Positions 1-9,059 are shown, numbered from the stretch's first letter. The stretch is 64,000 bases of DNA from Patescibacteria group bacterium (GCA_038058635.1 JBBUAP010000001.1:197190-261189), one strand, 5' to 3'. Made by a program: numbers and translations. Notes: generated from the sequence alone by a model not told the origin.

Positions 1-147
1 TTGGCGCATCCACCGTAGTTTCAACATAGGTGGACAATTAACCCCGTTTTTCAACCTCGATTGCTTGAGGAAGCTGCGTATGTCAGTTGTTTCAACTGTT
101 GACGAATTTGTGACACAGTCGACCGCTCTACCACTGAGCTACCCCAG
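1..147 (-). other. tRNA-like 5' portion, truncated at window edge or interrupted
   Basis: Minus-strand reading from 147: TCTGGGG-TA-GCTC-AGTGGTA-GAGC-G-GTCGA-CT... gives a canonical D-arm and acceptor 5' strand, but no matching anticodon, T or acceptor 3' strand within 1-110. The layout resembles the 5' exon of the intron-containing tRNA at 9569-9893. Confidence 0.3.
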
Positions 148-307
148 AATTTAAAAAATGTAAGGTGCTTAAACTAGTTTAGCGCAAACCTGTTGTTCGA
201 GCAACGAGTTGCTTTACTTTCGGCGACCTAATCCGTAGTCTTAAAGCTAGGGAGGGAAGATTCAACACATCAAGATCGGTATTTCAGGGGCGGCGGAGGA
301 TATTTGT

Positions 308-814
308 TTGCCAGATGCGTTCAAAAAAGCCGAACTGCTTGGTTATTACTTAGCCAAACAGGGCGTGGTAGTGGTGACTGGTGACACGACTGGCATTCCG
401 CTTTCGGCGGCCAAAGGAGCAAAACGAGGCGGCGGTTTCACGGTTGGCATCTCGCCCGCTTCCAGCTACTTGGAGCATGTCAAAAAGTACAAACTCCCTC
501 ATCGTTACACCGATTTCTCGATGTACACCGGCTTTGGTTACTCTGGTCGCAACCTCCTTTTTATCCGCTCGACCGATGCTGTTATCTTTATCTGCGGTCG
601 CATTGGTACCTTGAACGAGTTTACCATCGCCTTCGAAGACAAAAAACCGATCGGCGTCTTGACAGAATCTGGCGGTATTTCTGACGAGCTCGATCATTTA
701 CTGACCATGGCTAAGCGCGGCCGCGCCAGAATCGTTTTTGACGACGACCCCAAAAAATTGGCCGATAAGGTTATAAAACTGGCCAAAATTGACATCGGTC
801 ATATTACTGATTGA
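308..814 (+). CDS. TIGR00725/LOG-like Rossmann-fold nucleotide-binding protein
   Basis: VVVTGDTTGIPLSAAKGAKRGGGFTVGISPA motif pattern. No ATG, and the reading frame is open back to 251. The likely N-terminus is (M)KIGISGAAED, starting at ATC/ATT ~260-269 after RBS GGAGGG at 251-256. Confidence 0.6.
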   Translation: MPDAFKKAELLGYYLAKQGVVVVTGDTTGIPLSAAKGAKRGGGFTVGISPASSYLEHVKKYKLPHRYTDFSMYTGFGYSGRNLLFIRSTDAVIFICGRIGTLNEFTIAFEDKKPIGVLTESGGISDELDHLLTMAKRGRARIVFDDDPKKLADKVIKLAKIDIGHITD

Positions 815-832
815 TCTGATGACAGCTAATTT

Positions 833-890
833 TCAGTTATCAATTTCCAGTTATCAATTAGTTTCCAATTATCCAGTTATCAATAGTTCC
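833..890. repeat. three direct copies of CAGTTATCAAT plus a degenerate CAATTATCCAG copy
   Basis: Read directly: cagttatcaat at ~837, ~850 and ~876, and ccaattatccag at ~866. They lie between the LOG-like gene and the beta-CASP RNase gene. Confidence 0.6.
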
Positions 891-978
891 GAACATTGTA
901 CTACCGAAAACTTACTTCGAAGCAGCGAGCAATCAGCGACATTGAAAACTGGCAACTGTAAACTGATAACTTTTTCCC

Positions 979-2337
979 ATGACTAAGGTGTCTTTTTACG
1001 GGGCCGCTGGCGAGGTGACGGGCAGTAATTTTTTAATCGAGACAGAGAGCAATAAATATATAGTCGACTGCGGCCTCTTTCAGGGACGAGATACTATCTC
1101 TGAACTAAATGACGATCCTTTGGCCTACAACGCAGCTGAGGTTAGTCATGTTATGGTTACTCACGCTCATTTAGACCACATTGGTCGCCTGCCTGTGCTG
1201 GTCCGCCACGGCTATCATGGACCGATTTTTGCGACCGAGGCGACGATTGAACTGGCGACGATCGTTCTGAAAGACGCCCTGGGTTTGGCCGAGGAGCGGA
1301 GTCGACGGGAGGGAAAACCCCAGTTGTACGAAGAAGAAGACCTCAACCGAACCCTCCAGCAATTTCAAGCGGTTCCTTACCGTAAACCGCACCGATTGAA
1401 CGGTCAGGACCAATTTACCCTTTACGACGCCGGTCATATTCTCGGATCAGCTTCAATTTTGCTGGAAGCCGGCGGTAAAAAAATTATTTTCTCGGGTGAT
1501 ATCGGCCATTGGCCGAGCCCCCTGCTGGCTATACCCGAGCCACCGCCTGCGGCGGATTTGGTCATCACCGAAGCCACTTACGGCGGCGAAGAGCATCTTG
1601 GATCCGATGACCGGGAGCAAGTCGTCAAGAAAGCCCTCGAGTGGACCAGCCAAAACAACGGGGTTCTTTTGATTCCAGCTTTCTCAATTGAACGCAGTCA
1701 AGAACTACTCTTTTTGTTACACGAGATGTTTGAAAAACACCAATTGCCGAAAATGCCGATTTTCCTCGATAGTCCGCTGGCCATAGAAGCTCTGGCGGTG
1801 TTCGAACACCACATGGAGCTTTACCGTCGGGAGGTGGTTAAAGACGAGCACGGCGGCCACAATCTGTTTGATTTTGGCTCGTTAGCGCTGACACCAACGG
1901 TTGAGGACTCAAAAGATATCAACGACGCTCCGCACCCGAAAGTGATTATTGCTGGCTCGGGCATGATGGCCGGCGGCCGAATCGTTCATCACCTGAAACA
2001 TTACTTATCACGGCCAGACACATACTTATTGATTATTGGTTTCCAGGCGCCGGGAACACTTGGTTCAGCTATTCTGGGCGGAGCCAAATCGGTTCACATT
2101 CACGGCCAAGAGGTGGCAGTCCGAGCCAAGATTGAGGTAGCCGAAGCTTTTTCCGGACACGCTGATAATTCTGAACTGATGCAATGGCTTCGTAAGATCG
2201 AAATGCCTTCAGGCGGTCGCTTGGCGATTGTCCACAGCGAACCAGACCGTGCGGAAAAGTACCTGGCTTTCGTCAAAAGTCATCTGCCCGCGGCCAATAT
2301 TGTCATTCCCAAAATCGGCACCAGTATCGAAGTATAA
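979..2337 (+). CDS. MBL-fold beta-CASP family ribonuclease (RNase J/CPSF-like)
   Basis: HAHLDHIG metallo-beta-lactamase motif. A 452-aa protein with beta-CASP layout (D..H..H motifs and an RNA-specificity C-terminal region). Confidence 0.75.
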   Translation: MTKVSFYGAAGEVTGSNFLIETESNKYIVDCGLFQGRDTISELNDDPLAYNAAEVSHVMVTHAHLDHIGRLPVLVRHGYHGPIFATEATIELATIVLKDALGLAEERSRREGKPQLYEEEDLNRTLQQFQAVPYRKPHRLNGQDQFTLYDAGHILGSASILLEAGGKKIIFSGDIGHWPSPLLAIPEPPPAADLVITEATYGGEEHLGSDDREQVVKKALEWTSQNNGVLLIPAFSIERSQELLFLLHEMFEKHQLPKMPIFLDSPLAIEALAVFEHHMELYRREVVKDEHGGHNLFDFGSLALTPTVEDSKDINDAPHPKVIIAGSGMMAGGRIVHHLKHYLSRPDTYLLIIGFQAPGTLGSAILGGAKSVHIHGQEVAVRAKIEVAEAFSGHADNSELMQWLRKIEMPSGGRLAIVHSEPDRAEKYLAFVKSHLPAANIVIPKIGTSIEV

Positions 2338-2470
2338 AGTTTCAAGTCTAAAGTCTGATTTGTCACAATCGCTCGCTTTTCACGCCGTTCAAAGTAAGTA
2401 TCAATTGACGAAGTATTAAGTACTTGGAACTTGAAAATTGTTACTTACTTTAGACTTTAGCCTTCATACT
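2338..2470. repeat. palindromic intergenic element (AAGTCTAAAGTCTGA ... TTAGACTTTAGCC)
   Basis: Imperfect inverted repeat carrying AGTCT/GACTT words with an internal AAGTACTT palindrome. Related to the element at 2817-2965. Confidence 0.5.
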
Positions 2471-2582
2471 TAGAGCTTTCCTAGTATTAATATACTAGGA
2501 GGGGGTATATTGGGGATTGAGGAGGGTATAGTGGGGAAGCAAAGAATTACTGAATTACGAAATAACTGAATTACTAAATAAA

Positions 2583-2816
2583 ATGCAGGAACAGGAAAAG
2601 AGGAAATTTGTGGCCAGGTTAAGGAGGATGATTGGGCAAGCCCAGTCGCTAGAGCGGATATTGGCCGAAAACGATCGGGTCAAATTTGTCGGCCAGCTAG
2701 AGGCGGTGATTGCGGCGAGTCGGGCGGCCTTGAGCCTGTACGCCGAAATGGAATTAATTAATTCAGACGACCCCGAGGATATACAACTCCTCTCCCGGAT
2801 ATTAAGAAAAGGCTAA
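2583..2816 (+). CDS. CsoR/RcnR-like (DUF156-fold) small regulator lacking Cys/His metal ligands
   Basis: ARLRRMIGQAQSLERIL...VGQLEAVIAASRAAL helical pattern typical of CsoR/FrmR. The 77-aa protein has no Cys or His. Confidence 0.45.
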   Translation: MQEQEKRKFVARLRRMIGQAQSLERILAENDRVKFVGQLEAVIAASRAALSLYAEMELINSDDPEDIQLLSRILRKG

Positions 2817-2965
2817 AGTGGCAAGTCTGTAGTCTAGCCATCAAGGCTAAAGTGATAAGTCTGAAGTCTGATTTAAGTATCAAATCTTAATTTTCAAGTA
2901 CTTAATACTTGCTACTTGATCATTAAATCAGACTTCAGACTTTAGCCTTGAGACTTGCCGACTTT
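2817..2965. repeat. large compound palindrome (GGCAAGTCT...AGACTTGCC; CAAGGCTAAAGT..AGTCTGAAGTCTGATTTA / TAAATCAGACTTCAGACTTTAGCCTTG)
   Basis: Nested inverted repeats read directly, with a central CAAGTActtaaTACTTG palindrome. Sits downstream of the CsoR-like gene. Confidence 0.6.
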
Positions 2966-2970
2966 GTCGG

Positions 2971-4413
2971 CTAATTGTGTATATTCACCGGTGTACCGAC
3001 CGGAGCGTTATCGTAGACCCAATCGGCGCCGGTATCTTCGATCCGAACACAGCCGTGCGAAACTGGTCGACCCAAGTGGCTGGCCGGTTCACGGGAATTA
3101 CACTGTGGATCAAAACAGGGAACACGATGCAATCCGTAGCCTTGGTATCCCCCTCCGTCCGGGGTTCGAGCAAGGGCGTTCCATTTTTCCATCCAAATCC
3201 CCGGAAACAGCCGTGATTGAGCTAAGGAGATTTTGTTTTTTATGTAGAAAACTCCTGACGGTGTTGGCGTGCCCCTTTTGCCGCTCGAGATCATATATTC
3301 GGCCTGCTTAACTTCACCGACCATTATAAAGAGTCGTTGTTTGGTTAAATTGATGTCGATGTATAAACCCGGCCAAAGGCCGGCGACATAATCGGGATAG
3401 ACTGTCTTCTCGGTGAAGGGGATAGCCCAAGTACTAATAGTGATCGGTGAATTACTGGTGTCAGTTCGTTCGGTAATTGTACGGGTAACATCCTTAGCTA
3501 AACGAGTCAGATCGGTTTCCCGACCGTCTCTCCCCTCTTGGGTTACTTGCTGGGTGTCGAACTGGGTTGTTTTGACCAACATTTTAATGTTGATCTTCGA
3601 AGCGATAGCACTGTTTAGATAGTTACTAACTTTAGTTTGCGAGATGGTATAGCTAATCCGACCATCGACAGGGGAAAAATCGAGAAATGAGTACTGACTG
3701 CTTGGGGTGATGGTGAAATTTTTATCCTCAAAATTGAGGTAGATGGGGGTGAATTTCTGTTCAACCTCGGTTTTTGTTTGGGCGGCGAGCTCGGTAGTGA
3801 TAATCGGTGAACTTTCGGTGTATTCCAGTTCGGCTGAAGCAGCAGTACCGCTTGAGAGGGCCGTTTTTATTGCCGTATCGATGGCGGTGTCCGAAATCGA
3901 AATGCCCTTTTGACCTTCGCTGACTACTAGTTGGCCGTTACTATAACTAATGACGGCGTCTTTGGCGGCGGTGGTGACGCCGAGAATTGTCTCCACTTTC
4001 TGGCGTAAGATAGAAGGATCAGCGTCGTAGGAGAGACCGAGGGTCTTGGAGCTAAACATCGACCGCCAATATTTTAGTGCCAACCAATCGAAACTGTTTG
4101 GTGGCCGAACTGCCTGCGACAAAGTCGACTGCTCGTCCACTTTTACCCCTAATTCATCGAGGGAAGCGCTGGCCGATTTGCCATTTAAGCTAAAAGATAA
4201 CTGTAATCCAGCTAACTCACCGGCCTTGAGCTGGATTTTCTCGGTCGCCGTCGTGTACGGTAGGCCACCGATATCAACGCCGGCCACCATCGTTCGGGGC
4301 AAAACTCGACCCTCGAAATTAAGCGAGGTAATCGCCCCCAGTGCCGCCACGAGTGACAGGACGGCGGTAAAACTGAATAAAGTGATTAGCCCAACTCTTT
4401 TGCGCGAAAACAT
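2971..4413 (-). CDS. L,D-transpeptidase (YkuD domain) with N-terminal TM anchor
   Basis: C-terminal SHGCVRI catalytic motif (H-G-C). N-terminal hydrophobic segment. Confidence 0.8.
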   Translation of the reverse strand: MFSRKRVGLITLFSFTAVLSLVAALGAITSLNFEGRVLPRTMVAGVDIGGLPYTTATEKIQLKAGELAGLQLSFSLNGKSASASLDELGVKVDEQSTLSQAVRPPNSFDWLALKYWRSMFSSKTLGLSYDADPSILRQKVETILGVTTAAKDAVISYSNGQLVVSEGQKGISISDTAIDTAIKTALSSGTAASAELEYTESSPIITTELAAQTKTEVEQKFTPIYLNFEDKNFTITPSSQYSFLDFSPVDGRISYTISQTKVSNYLNSAIASKINIKMLVKTTQFDTQQVTQEGRDGRETDLTRLAKDVTRTITERTDTSNSPITISTWAIPFTEKTVYPDYVAGLWPGLYIDINLTKQRLFIMVGEVKQAEYMISSGKRGTPTPSGVFYIKNKISLAQSRLFPGIWMEKWNALARTPDGGGYQGYGLHRVPCFDPQCNSREPASHLGRPVSHGCVRIEDTGADWVYDNAPVGTPVNIHN

Positions 4414-4493
4414 ATGAGGTAATTGTAGCGCTTTAGGCTTGTACTGTAACTAACCCACTAGTTTTCGTCCGAGCTCTTGTTAAAATAGATTCA

Positions 4494-4691
4494 ATGACGA
4501 CAGACTGGACTGACTTATACCGTCAATATCGTGGCCAATGGGTGGCGCTTGAGGGTGACGAGAAAACCGTTGTTGGTAGTGGCAAAACTGCTAGGCAGGC
4601 ACTTGATAAGGCCATTGCCAAGGGCGTAGCCGAGCCTATATTAACCAAATTGCCCGATCAGCTCGTTCCCTACGTCGGCTACGGCGCATGA
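4494..4691 (+). CDS. DUF5678-family small protein
   Basis: YRGQWVAL core, 65 aa. Stop overlaps the next start (ATGA). Confidence 0.55.
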   Translation: MTTDWTDLYRQYRGQWVALEGDEKTVVGSGKTARQALDKAIAKGVAEPILTKLPDQLVPYVGYGA

Positions 4692-5080
4692 AGTTTGGCT
4701 ACAAAAAATTCGATCACTTCTACCGTCCCGTCATCCCAATTAAAGTCAAATATAAGGGTCTTTCGGTCGGTTATGAAGTTCTGATCGATTCAGGTGCCGA
4801 TTTGTGTATATTTGACGCCGAAATCGGCGAGATTTTAGGGATTGATATTGAAAGTGGTCAGCCAGGAGAAGTTAGCGGTGTGGCGGGTCAAATATCAACA
4901 ATATTCGTTCACACAGTCACGATTGAAATTGGCGGACACTCAAAAGTTATCGATGTCGGATTCCTGTCCAAAGTAACCGATGGCCACAACTACGGCGTTG
5001 TTGGTCAGTACGGTTTTTTCGACCAGTTTGTGGTAGCTTTTGACTATGCGAAAAAAGAGATTGAGCTTAAGGCGCCCTAA
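4688..5080 (+). CDS. retropepsin-like (clan AA) aspartic protease
   Basis: LIDSGADLCIF, a D-S-G-A active-site motif, in a 130-aa single-domain protein. Confidence 0.65.
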   Translation: MKFGYKKFDHFYRPVIPIKVKYKGLSVGYEVLIDSGADLCIFDAEIGEILGIDIESGQPGEVSGVAGQISTIFVHTVTIEIGGHSKVIDVGFLSKVTDGHNYGVVGQYGFFDQFVVAFDYAKKEIELKAP

Positions 5081-5094
5081 CCATTTTTTAGTTG

Positions 5095-5982
5095 TTAAAA
5101 CAGGGCCCTCTTGGTCAGTAGCTCAATAAAGCTTTCGAATGAAATTCCGGCCTTGAGTAGCTCTTTGTTTATCAGAGAGTTTTTTGTTAGGCCGGGCAGC
5201 ACATTTAACTCTAGAAAATAAGGCGTTTTGTCACGCAACATCCAATCGATACGGGCATAATGCCGACAACCGAACTGACGAAATATTTCCTCGGAAAAAG
5301 ACTGGATTTGTTTGGTCATATCATCGGAAATTCTAGCTGGAACTATCTCATCACAACTTATACCGTCGTACTTGGCCTTAAAATCAAAGAACTCATTTTT
5401 TGGCACGATCTCAATAACCGGTAAAGCTTCGACCGAACCGCGCAGATCGATTACTCCGCACGACAGCTCGGTACCACCGATAAGTTCTTCAACTAGTACC
5501 TCGGGCCCAAATTTCTTGGCGGATCTAATTGCTGGCAAGAGCTGGTCATGATTTCTGACAATGGTGACGCCGAAGCTAGAGCCCTCCTGAGAGGGCTTAA
5601 CAACTACCGGCGGGTCGGGAAACTGGTTTGCGGAACCGTCTACAGACCACTTCGGAGTCTGGAACCCCAGTTTTTGAACCGCTAGCTTAGCTTCTAATTT
5701 GTTCCAAGATAACCTACACGCCATTGGCCCGCTTCCGGTGTACGGAATGCCGGCTTTTTCTAGAATCTTTTGGATTTGCCCATCTTCACCAAACTTGCCA
5801 TGAAGAGCCAGGATTACTAGTTGAGGCTGAATGTAACTGATTCTCTCCTGCCAATTATATTCGGCGCAATCTATTATCTGATGATCAAGCTTTAGCGATC
5901 GTAGGGCGGCGACAACCGTCTCGGCACTCCATAGCGCTACTGTTCTTTCGCTGGAATTTCCGCCCGTTAAGACAGCGATCAT
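5095..5982 (-). CDS. ddl: D-alanine--D-alanine ligase
   Basis: ATP-grasp layout. N-terminal IAVLTGGNSSER and HGKFGEDGQIQ are typical of Ddl. Confidence 0.85.
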   Translation of the reverse strand: MIAVLTGGNSSERTVALWSAETVVAALRSLKLDHQIIDCAEYNWQERISYIQPQLVILALHGKFGEDGQIQKILEKAGIPYTGSGPMACRLSWNKLEAKLAVQKLGFQTPKWSVDGSANQFPDPPVVVKPSQEGSSFGVTIVRNHDQLLPAIRSAKKFGPEVLVEELIGGTELSCGVIDLRGSVEALPVIEIVPKNEFFDFKAKYDGISCDEIVPARISDDMTKQIQSFSEEIFRQFGCRHYARIDWMLRDKTPYFLELNVLPGLTKNSLINKELLKAGISFESFIELLTKRALF

Positions 5983-5986
5983 ATTG

Positions 5987-6059
5987 TGGGCCCGGATGGA
6001 CTCGAACCATCGATATCTGAGACATAAGCTCAGCGCATTAGCCGCTATGCTACGGGCCC
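5987..6059 (-). tRNA. tRNA-Ile (anticodon UAU)
   Basis: Hand-folded cloverleaf: acceptor GGGCCCG/CGGGCCC, D stem GCAT/ATGC, anticodon stem CTGAG/CTCAG with loop CTTATGT, T arm GATGG-TTCGAGT-CCATC, discriminator A. No encoded CCA. Confidence 0.8.
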
Positions 6060-6313
6060 CTAAAACGGAGTAATTTTACTCAATTTACATCATAAGGTAA
6101 AGGGTCACAGGGAGCCAGATTTGACAGGTGGGTAGCATCTGCTATTTTGTTTGAGACATCTTAGGGGTTCTTCTTCTAGGGTACGGAGGGAATTATAAAT
6201 GAGGGGATTGCTCGCAACGCCAATGTCTCTCGGTGTCTAAGAACACTCGATTGAGACCTGGCGGCGCTTGAGCGTTCCTTCAATAACCTTAACAACTAGA
6301 AGGAGAATGGAAA

Positions 6314-8578
6314 ATGAATAAGATACAAATATTCTTCGTCCGTTTTCTCGTTGTCCTCCTGGCCCTGCAGGGAACAGTCGCGGCCCAATTGCTGACCATC
6401 AAATCAGCCCAGGCCGCTGATCCCGTGCCGGCAGTAGTGATCAACGAGTTAATGTGGATGGGGACATTCGAAGACTCAAATGATGAATGGATTGAACTTC
6501 GCAATACCACCGATACCGCAATTGATATCAGTGGCTGGCAACTTACCAATGCCCAGTTCGGCGGCGATGGGGTACTAGACATTCCCGCAGGGAAAACAAT
6601 TGGGGCAAACGGCCTATTCTTAATTAGTCGCAAAGACGCCGCCAACTCGAAATTAGCTATTGAGCCAGACTTCCTGGCAAATTCGACTAATTCGCCGGGT
6701 AATATTCTACAGATTGACAATAATTGCCCTGGTGGGTCAACCACCTTTATGCAATTATTGAACCCGCTTATTGGCGATCCACCAACCGTCATCGATCAAG
6801 CTGGTTGCGATAGTTCCGGTAATCCGCTTAAGGGTAGTAGTACGCCAGCGGTCAAAAAGGCGATGGAACGCAATATCCTCATTACTGACGGGTTATTAGT
6901 CACCAGTTGGCACAATTCGGCTTCTCAAATCAACCTCGATTTAGGGGCAGTTGATTTCGCTTCGCCCAAAGCCGCCAATGGAACCACCGACACGACACCA
7001 CCAACAATTGGCACAGTGACTGATGATGGTCAGTTCACCGCCAACCCAAACCAACTGAATGCCAGTTGGACAGGATTTGCCGATCCAGAATCCGGGGTTG
7101 CGAGCTACAAAGCTGGCGTGGGCACCGCGGCCGGATTAAATGATGTGGTGGCGCTAAAAGGCATGAACTTGGTAACCAGCTACACCTTCACTGTCGCTGA
7201 CAGCGCGCTCGGTTTCCCGCTTCAGGAAAACGCGATCTACTTCGTCAATGTCGTTGCGACCAACGGCGTTGGATTAACGAGCTTAATGGCCAGCAGTAGC
7301 GGCATCACTGTCAATACCGTCAATCCGCTGACACCGGCCAATCTCAAAGTAGCCGATGTCCCATCAGATAACGGCGGCAGTTTGAAAGCGACTTGGGACG
7401 CTTCGTCGGTCGATACGACCAGCTACCAACTCAACTATCGCAAGGCAGGTGATCTAACTTGGTCGCTACCGATCAATGTTGGTCTGGCCTTGGAAAAAAC
7501 CATCAGTGGCCTGCTTAACGCACCGGTCAGCTACGAGTTCACTGTCGAGGCGATTGACTTCAACGCTCAACACTCGACTCCGAGCGCTATCGTGCTCGCT
7601 ACCGCGCTTGATAACTTGGTGCCGATCATCGACGCCAACAAAGTTGTCGTCAATCAAAACAAGCCGGGCACGGCCGATACAGTGGCCGGTTTAGCGGGAG
7701 CGGCGAACGAACCAGAAGTTGCCGTCGTCCTATTATCGGCTGCGCCTGAAGATCCAACCGCCACCGTTATCGGTTCGGTGTTAAGCAATCCCGACGGATC
7801 GTGGCCGGCCATTGGCATCGAGGACAACAAGTACAGCCGAGTCTGGTTAGTGCTAGTTGACGAGGGCGACAATGTTAGTCTGCCCTTGCAGTTGAATAAC
7901 GATATTGTCGGACCAATCGCACCGGTTCTCAACAAAGTGGTGGCTAATTGCGAGTCAAGCAACTGCCGAGTCACTTTAGACTGGCAAGCCGGCTCGACTG
8001 ACACGGCTAGCTACAAAGTCACCTATACCGTCGACGGGGTGGACCATCAGACTTTTGAAGTCACCACCACCTCAATGGCGATGGACTTAGCTACTGGTAA
8101 AAGCTATCTGTTCAAGGTAGTTGGCTATGACCAGTACGGCAACCCAAGTACAGCGAGCAATATCTTCTCTGTCACCTTAAATAAGGGCGTGAAGACAACA
8201 GCCGTACTAACAAATGGCAAGCAGGTAACAACAACTGAAGCTATTTCAGGATCGTTGGAAGTAAAAACAACTCCTGTATCTGCACCGAAACCTGCTCCGG
8301 CTCAATTTGCGCCAAAAGTTAAGGCGGCCGAGCCAGTGGTGGAGACACCGACTGAACCAACTCCCCCGCTCGTCGCCGATACCGAAAACAGTCGCGATTG
8401 GGTTCGCATCTTAGTGGTAGTAGTGCTACTACTAATCATCGCTGGTAGCTTCTATGCGCTATCACGATCGGTTCAAGAGACACCGGAAGAAGAGTTTGAC
8501 CGCAACAAAGCCGAATCGAAGGCTGAGGATACTGCGGGAACAACTAAACGCCGCGGTCGTCGACGACACCGACGCTAG
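6314..8578 (+). CDS. secreted/surface protein with lamin-tail domain, Ig/FN3-like repeats, C-terminal TM and Arg-rich tail
   Basis: Signal peptide. LTD signature VVINELMWMG..DEWIELRNTTDTAIDISGWQL. C-terminal hydrophobic helix then RRGRRRHRR. Confidence 0.6.
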   Translation: MNKIQIFFVRFLVVLLALQGTVAAQLLTIKSAQAADPVPAVVINELMWMGTFEDSNDEWIELRNTTDTAIDISGWQLTNAQFGGDGVLDIPAGKTIGANGLFLISRKDAANSKLAIEPDFLANSTNSPGNILQIDNNCPGGSTTFMQLLNPLIGDPPTVIDQAGCDSSGNPLKGSSTPAVKKAMERNILITDGLLVTSWHNSASQINLDLGAVDFASPKAANGTTDTTPPTIGTVTDDGQFTANPNQLNASWTGFADPESGVASYKAGVGTAAGLNDVVALKGMNLVTSYTFTVADSALGFPLQENAIYFVNVVATNGVGLTSLMASSSGITVNTVNPLTPANLKVADVPSDNGGSLKATWDASSVDTTSYQLNYRKAGDLTWSLPINVGLALEKTISGLLNAPVSYEFTVEAIDFNAQHSTPSAIVLATALDNLVPIIDANKVVVNQNKPGTADTVAGLAGAANEPEVAVVLLSAAPEDPTATVIGSVLSNPDGSWPAIGIEDNKYSRVWLVLVDEGDNVSLPLQLNNDIVGPIAPVLNKVVANCESSNCRVTLDWQAGSTDTASYKVTYTVDGVDHQTFEVTTTSMAMDLATGKSYLFKVVGYDQYGNPSTASNIFSVTLNKGVKTTAVLTNGKQVTTTEAISGSLEVKTTPVSAPKPAPAQFAPKVKAAEPVVETPTEPTPPLVADTENSRDWVRILVVVVLLLIIAGSFYALSRSVQETPEEEFDRNKAESKAEDTAGTTKRRGRRRHRR

Positions 8579-8657
8579 TTGAGCTACTGCTCGCAAAAAC
8601 GATCTGCCATCTGGCGGATCGTTTTTGTTAGGAGCTCAATTTTGCTAGAGTCAGAGT

Positions 8658-9059
8658 GTGATGAAGGGGGCAATGTCGCGCGAATTTATGCTGAAAGTAT
8701 TGTTAGTTGGGCTATTTGTATTTGCCGTTTATTCCAATATCAATTTGATTGTTCGCAATCATAAGTTGGGAACAATTTTGCGTGAGAAGAAAATCCAGAC
8801 CGCCCAACAGGCCTTTAATAACAGCAAATTGAAATTGTTGATCGCCTACTACCAAACCCCGTCGTTTCAGGAAGTTGAAGCTCGCCGCCGCCTAGGGCTA
8901 AAAAAACCCGACGAAAATGTTTATACGATTAAAGGATTAACCACCACCACCGACCAGAGCCCGGCCTTAAGCGACAATCTATATAACGACATCCAACCCG
9001 CTCCCCCAACCACCAAAACTAATATTCAGCTGTGGTGGCAGTACTTTTTCGGTGTGTAA
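8658..9059 (+). CDS. FtsB/DivIC-like septum formation initiator
   Basis: Single N-terminal TM followed by a coiled-coil region. EVEARRRLGLKKPDENVY matches the septum-formation-initiator C-terminal motif. Confidence 0.5.
   Translation: MMKGAMSREFMLKVLLVGLFVFAVYSNINLIVRNHKLGTILREKKIQTAQQAFNNSKLKLLIAYYQTPSFQEVEARRRLGLKKPDENVYTIKGLTTTTDQSPALSDNLYNDIQPAPPTTKTNIQLWWQYFFGV

Noticed and set aside
833-890. Possible CRISPR array
   Set aside because: Repeats are only 11 bp, with no regular spacers of CRISPR length and no cas genes. No CRISPR array was seen anywhere in the window.
6289-6792. Minus-strand ORF 6289-6792 and other antisense ORFs inside the LTD, ftsH, dnaK and glgA genes
   Set aside because: Antisense shadows of well-supported long genes. 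High-GC codon third positions generate open frames.
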